From: Mobula hypostoma
Taxonomy: Eukaryota
Length of the DNA stretch: 64,000 bases
Direction: 5' to 3'
NCBI RefSeq assembly: GCF_963921235.1
Contig: NC_086109.1
Location: forward strand, 20,524,001-20,588,000
Shown: positions 63,203-64,000 of the stretch, in pieces
How positions within the stretch are numbered: position 1 is the stretch's first letter
How the letters are laid out: each line of letters begins with the position of its first letter
Notes under the pieces: generated by a model
What the model was told of the DNA's origin: nothing
What the model saw: only the letters and a program-made list of their open reading frames with translations
Databases searched by the model: none
Made by a program: the position numbers and the translations under genes

Positions 63203-64000
63203 GTTATACTACAGTAATTATCCAACTGTAATGGGATTCATACTTAAAATAAACAGATGGCCTTACTTAAACCTGTTCACGTGCTGGTACACTAACTTAC
63301 CAGCCCTATCACAGTTGTTTCATCCAAAGCATTCTTTTGTACTGAAATATGTACTTATATTTAACAGAACTTAACTGTTAATGGCACAGAGCAAAGGAGG
63401 CCATTGTTTTCCCATTAATCACAGAAGGCCTTGACCTAAAGAGTGCAGGGACAAACCAATTATTCTATGCTGCATTATGTGCGGTAATGTCATTCCACAA
63501 AACACGCTCGCAAAAGGCAGTGGGAGTTTACATGATTCTGGTTCCCTGCTCCCGACACTGCTCTGGTTAGTTTCACACTGGCTAACTAGTGGAGTCAGCA
63601 CATTCTAGAAACTTCTCTTCCTCTTCACCCACCCTCCCACCCCCTCTGGATTGCAGGACTCAGCTATTAACCACCGCTGCCACCCTGCTCTTAATACTCC
63701 TTGTGAAGACAGAAGATTTATTAGAGAATTACCCAGAGCCACACATACATTGACCCTCTGTTTTATTTCACACTGCGATTCATATTACAACATACGCTGA
63801 ACATTGCTAAAATATTGGCATCTATACTAAATGTAAACTCAATGGTATCTTGCCGTTAATACTGTGAGATGCTGGCTACTGCTTTAATGTATAAAGCAGT
63901 ACCTTAATTGATTTTTCTTTGCTAACAATCCACATCAAACTCTCAGCAAGCTCCAGAATGGCAGCCCATGCCAGTTCCATGTATACATTCTTACCCATGT

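Overview
Eukaryotic, AT-rich, repeat-dense intronic or intergenic DNA. The repeat inventory (HE1/V-SINE-like SINEs, CR1, Rex1 and Penelope families) points to a cartilaginous fish, probably a batoid; this is inference. I find no supportable host exon or gene. Every recognisable ORF is a transposon remnant: CR1, Rex1/Babar, RTE and R4/Dong-type LINEs, a Penelope-like element (GIY-YIG), Tc1/mariner and hAT (Charlie/Buster) transposons, MITEs and SINEs, often nested. The most notable signals are five. (1) About a dozen Penelope terminal-repeat copies carry a minimal hammerhead ribozyme motif (CUGANGA-stem II-GAAAC-GUC), and many short copies start just upstream of the core. (2) A 361-bp TSD-flanked Penelope-derived insertion has captured an inverted copy of nearby flanking DNA between two oppositely oriented hammerhead termini. 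(3) A young CR1 copy has a 5' end that is a higher-order 78/98-bp tandem array joined at microhomologies. (4) A TIR element has a 6-bp TSD. (5) Several MITE families show internally multiplied TIRs. Element boundaries were read by eye and are approximate unless a TSD or TIR is quoted.
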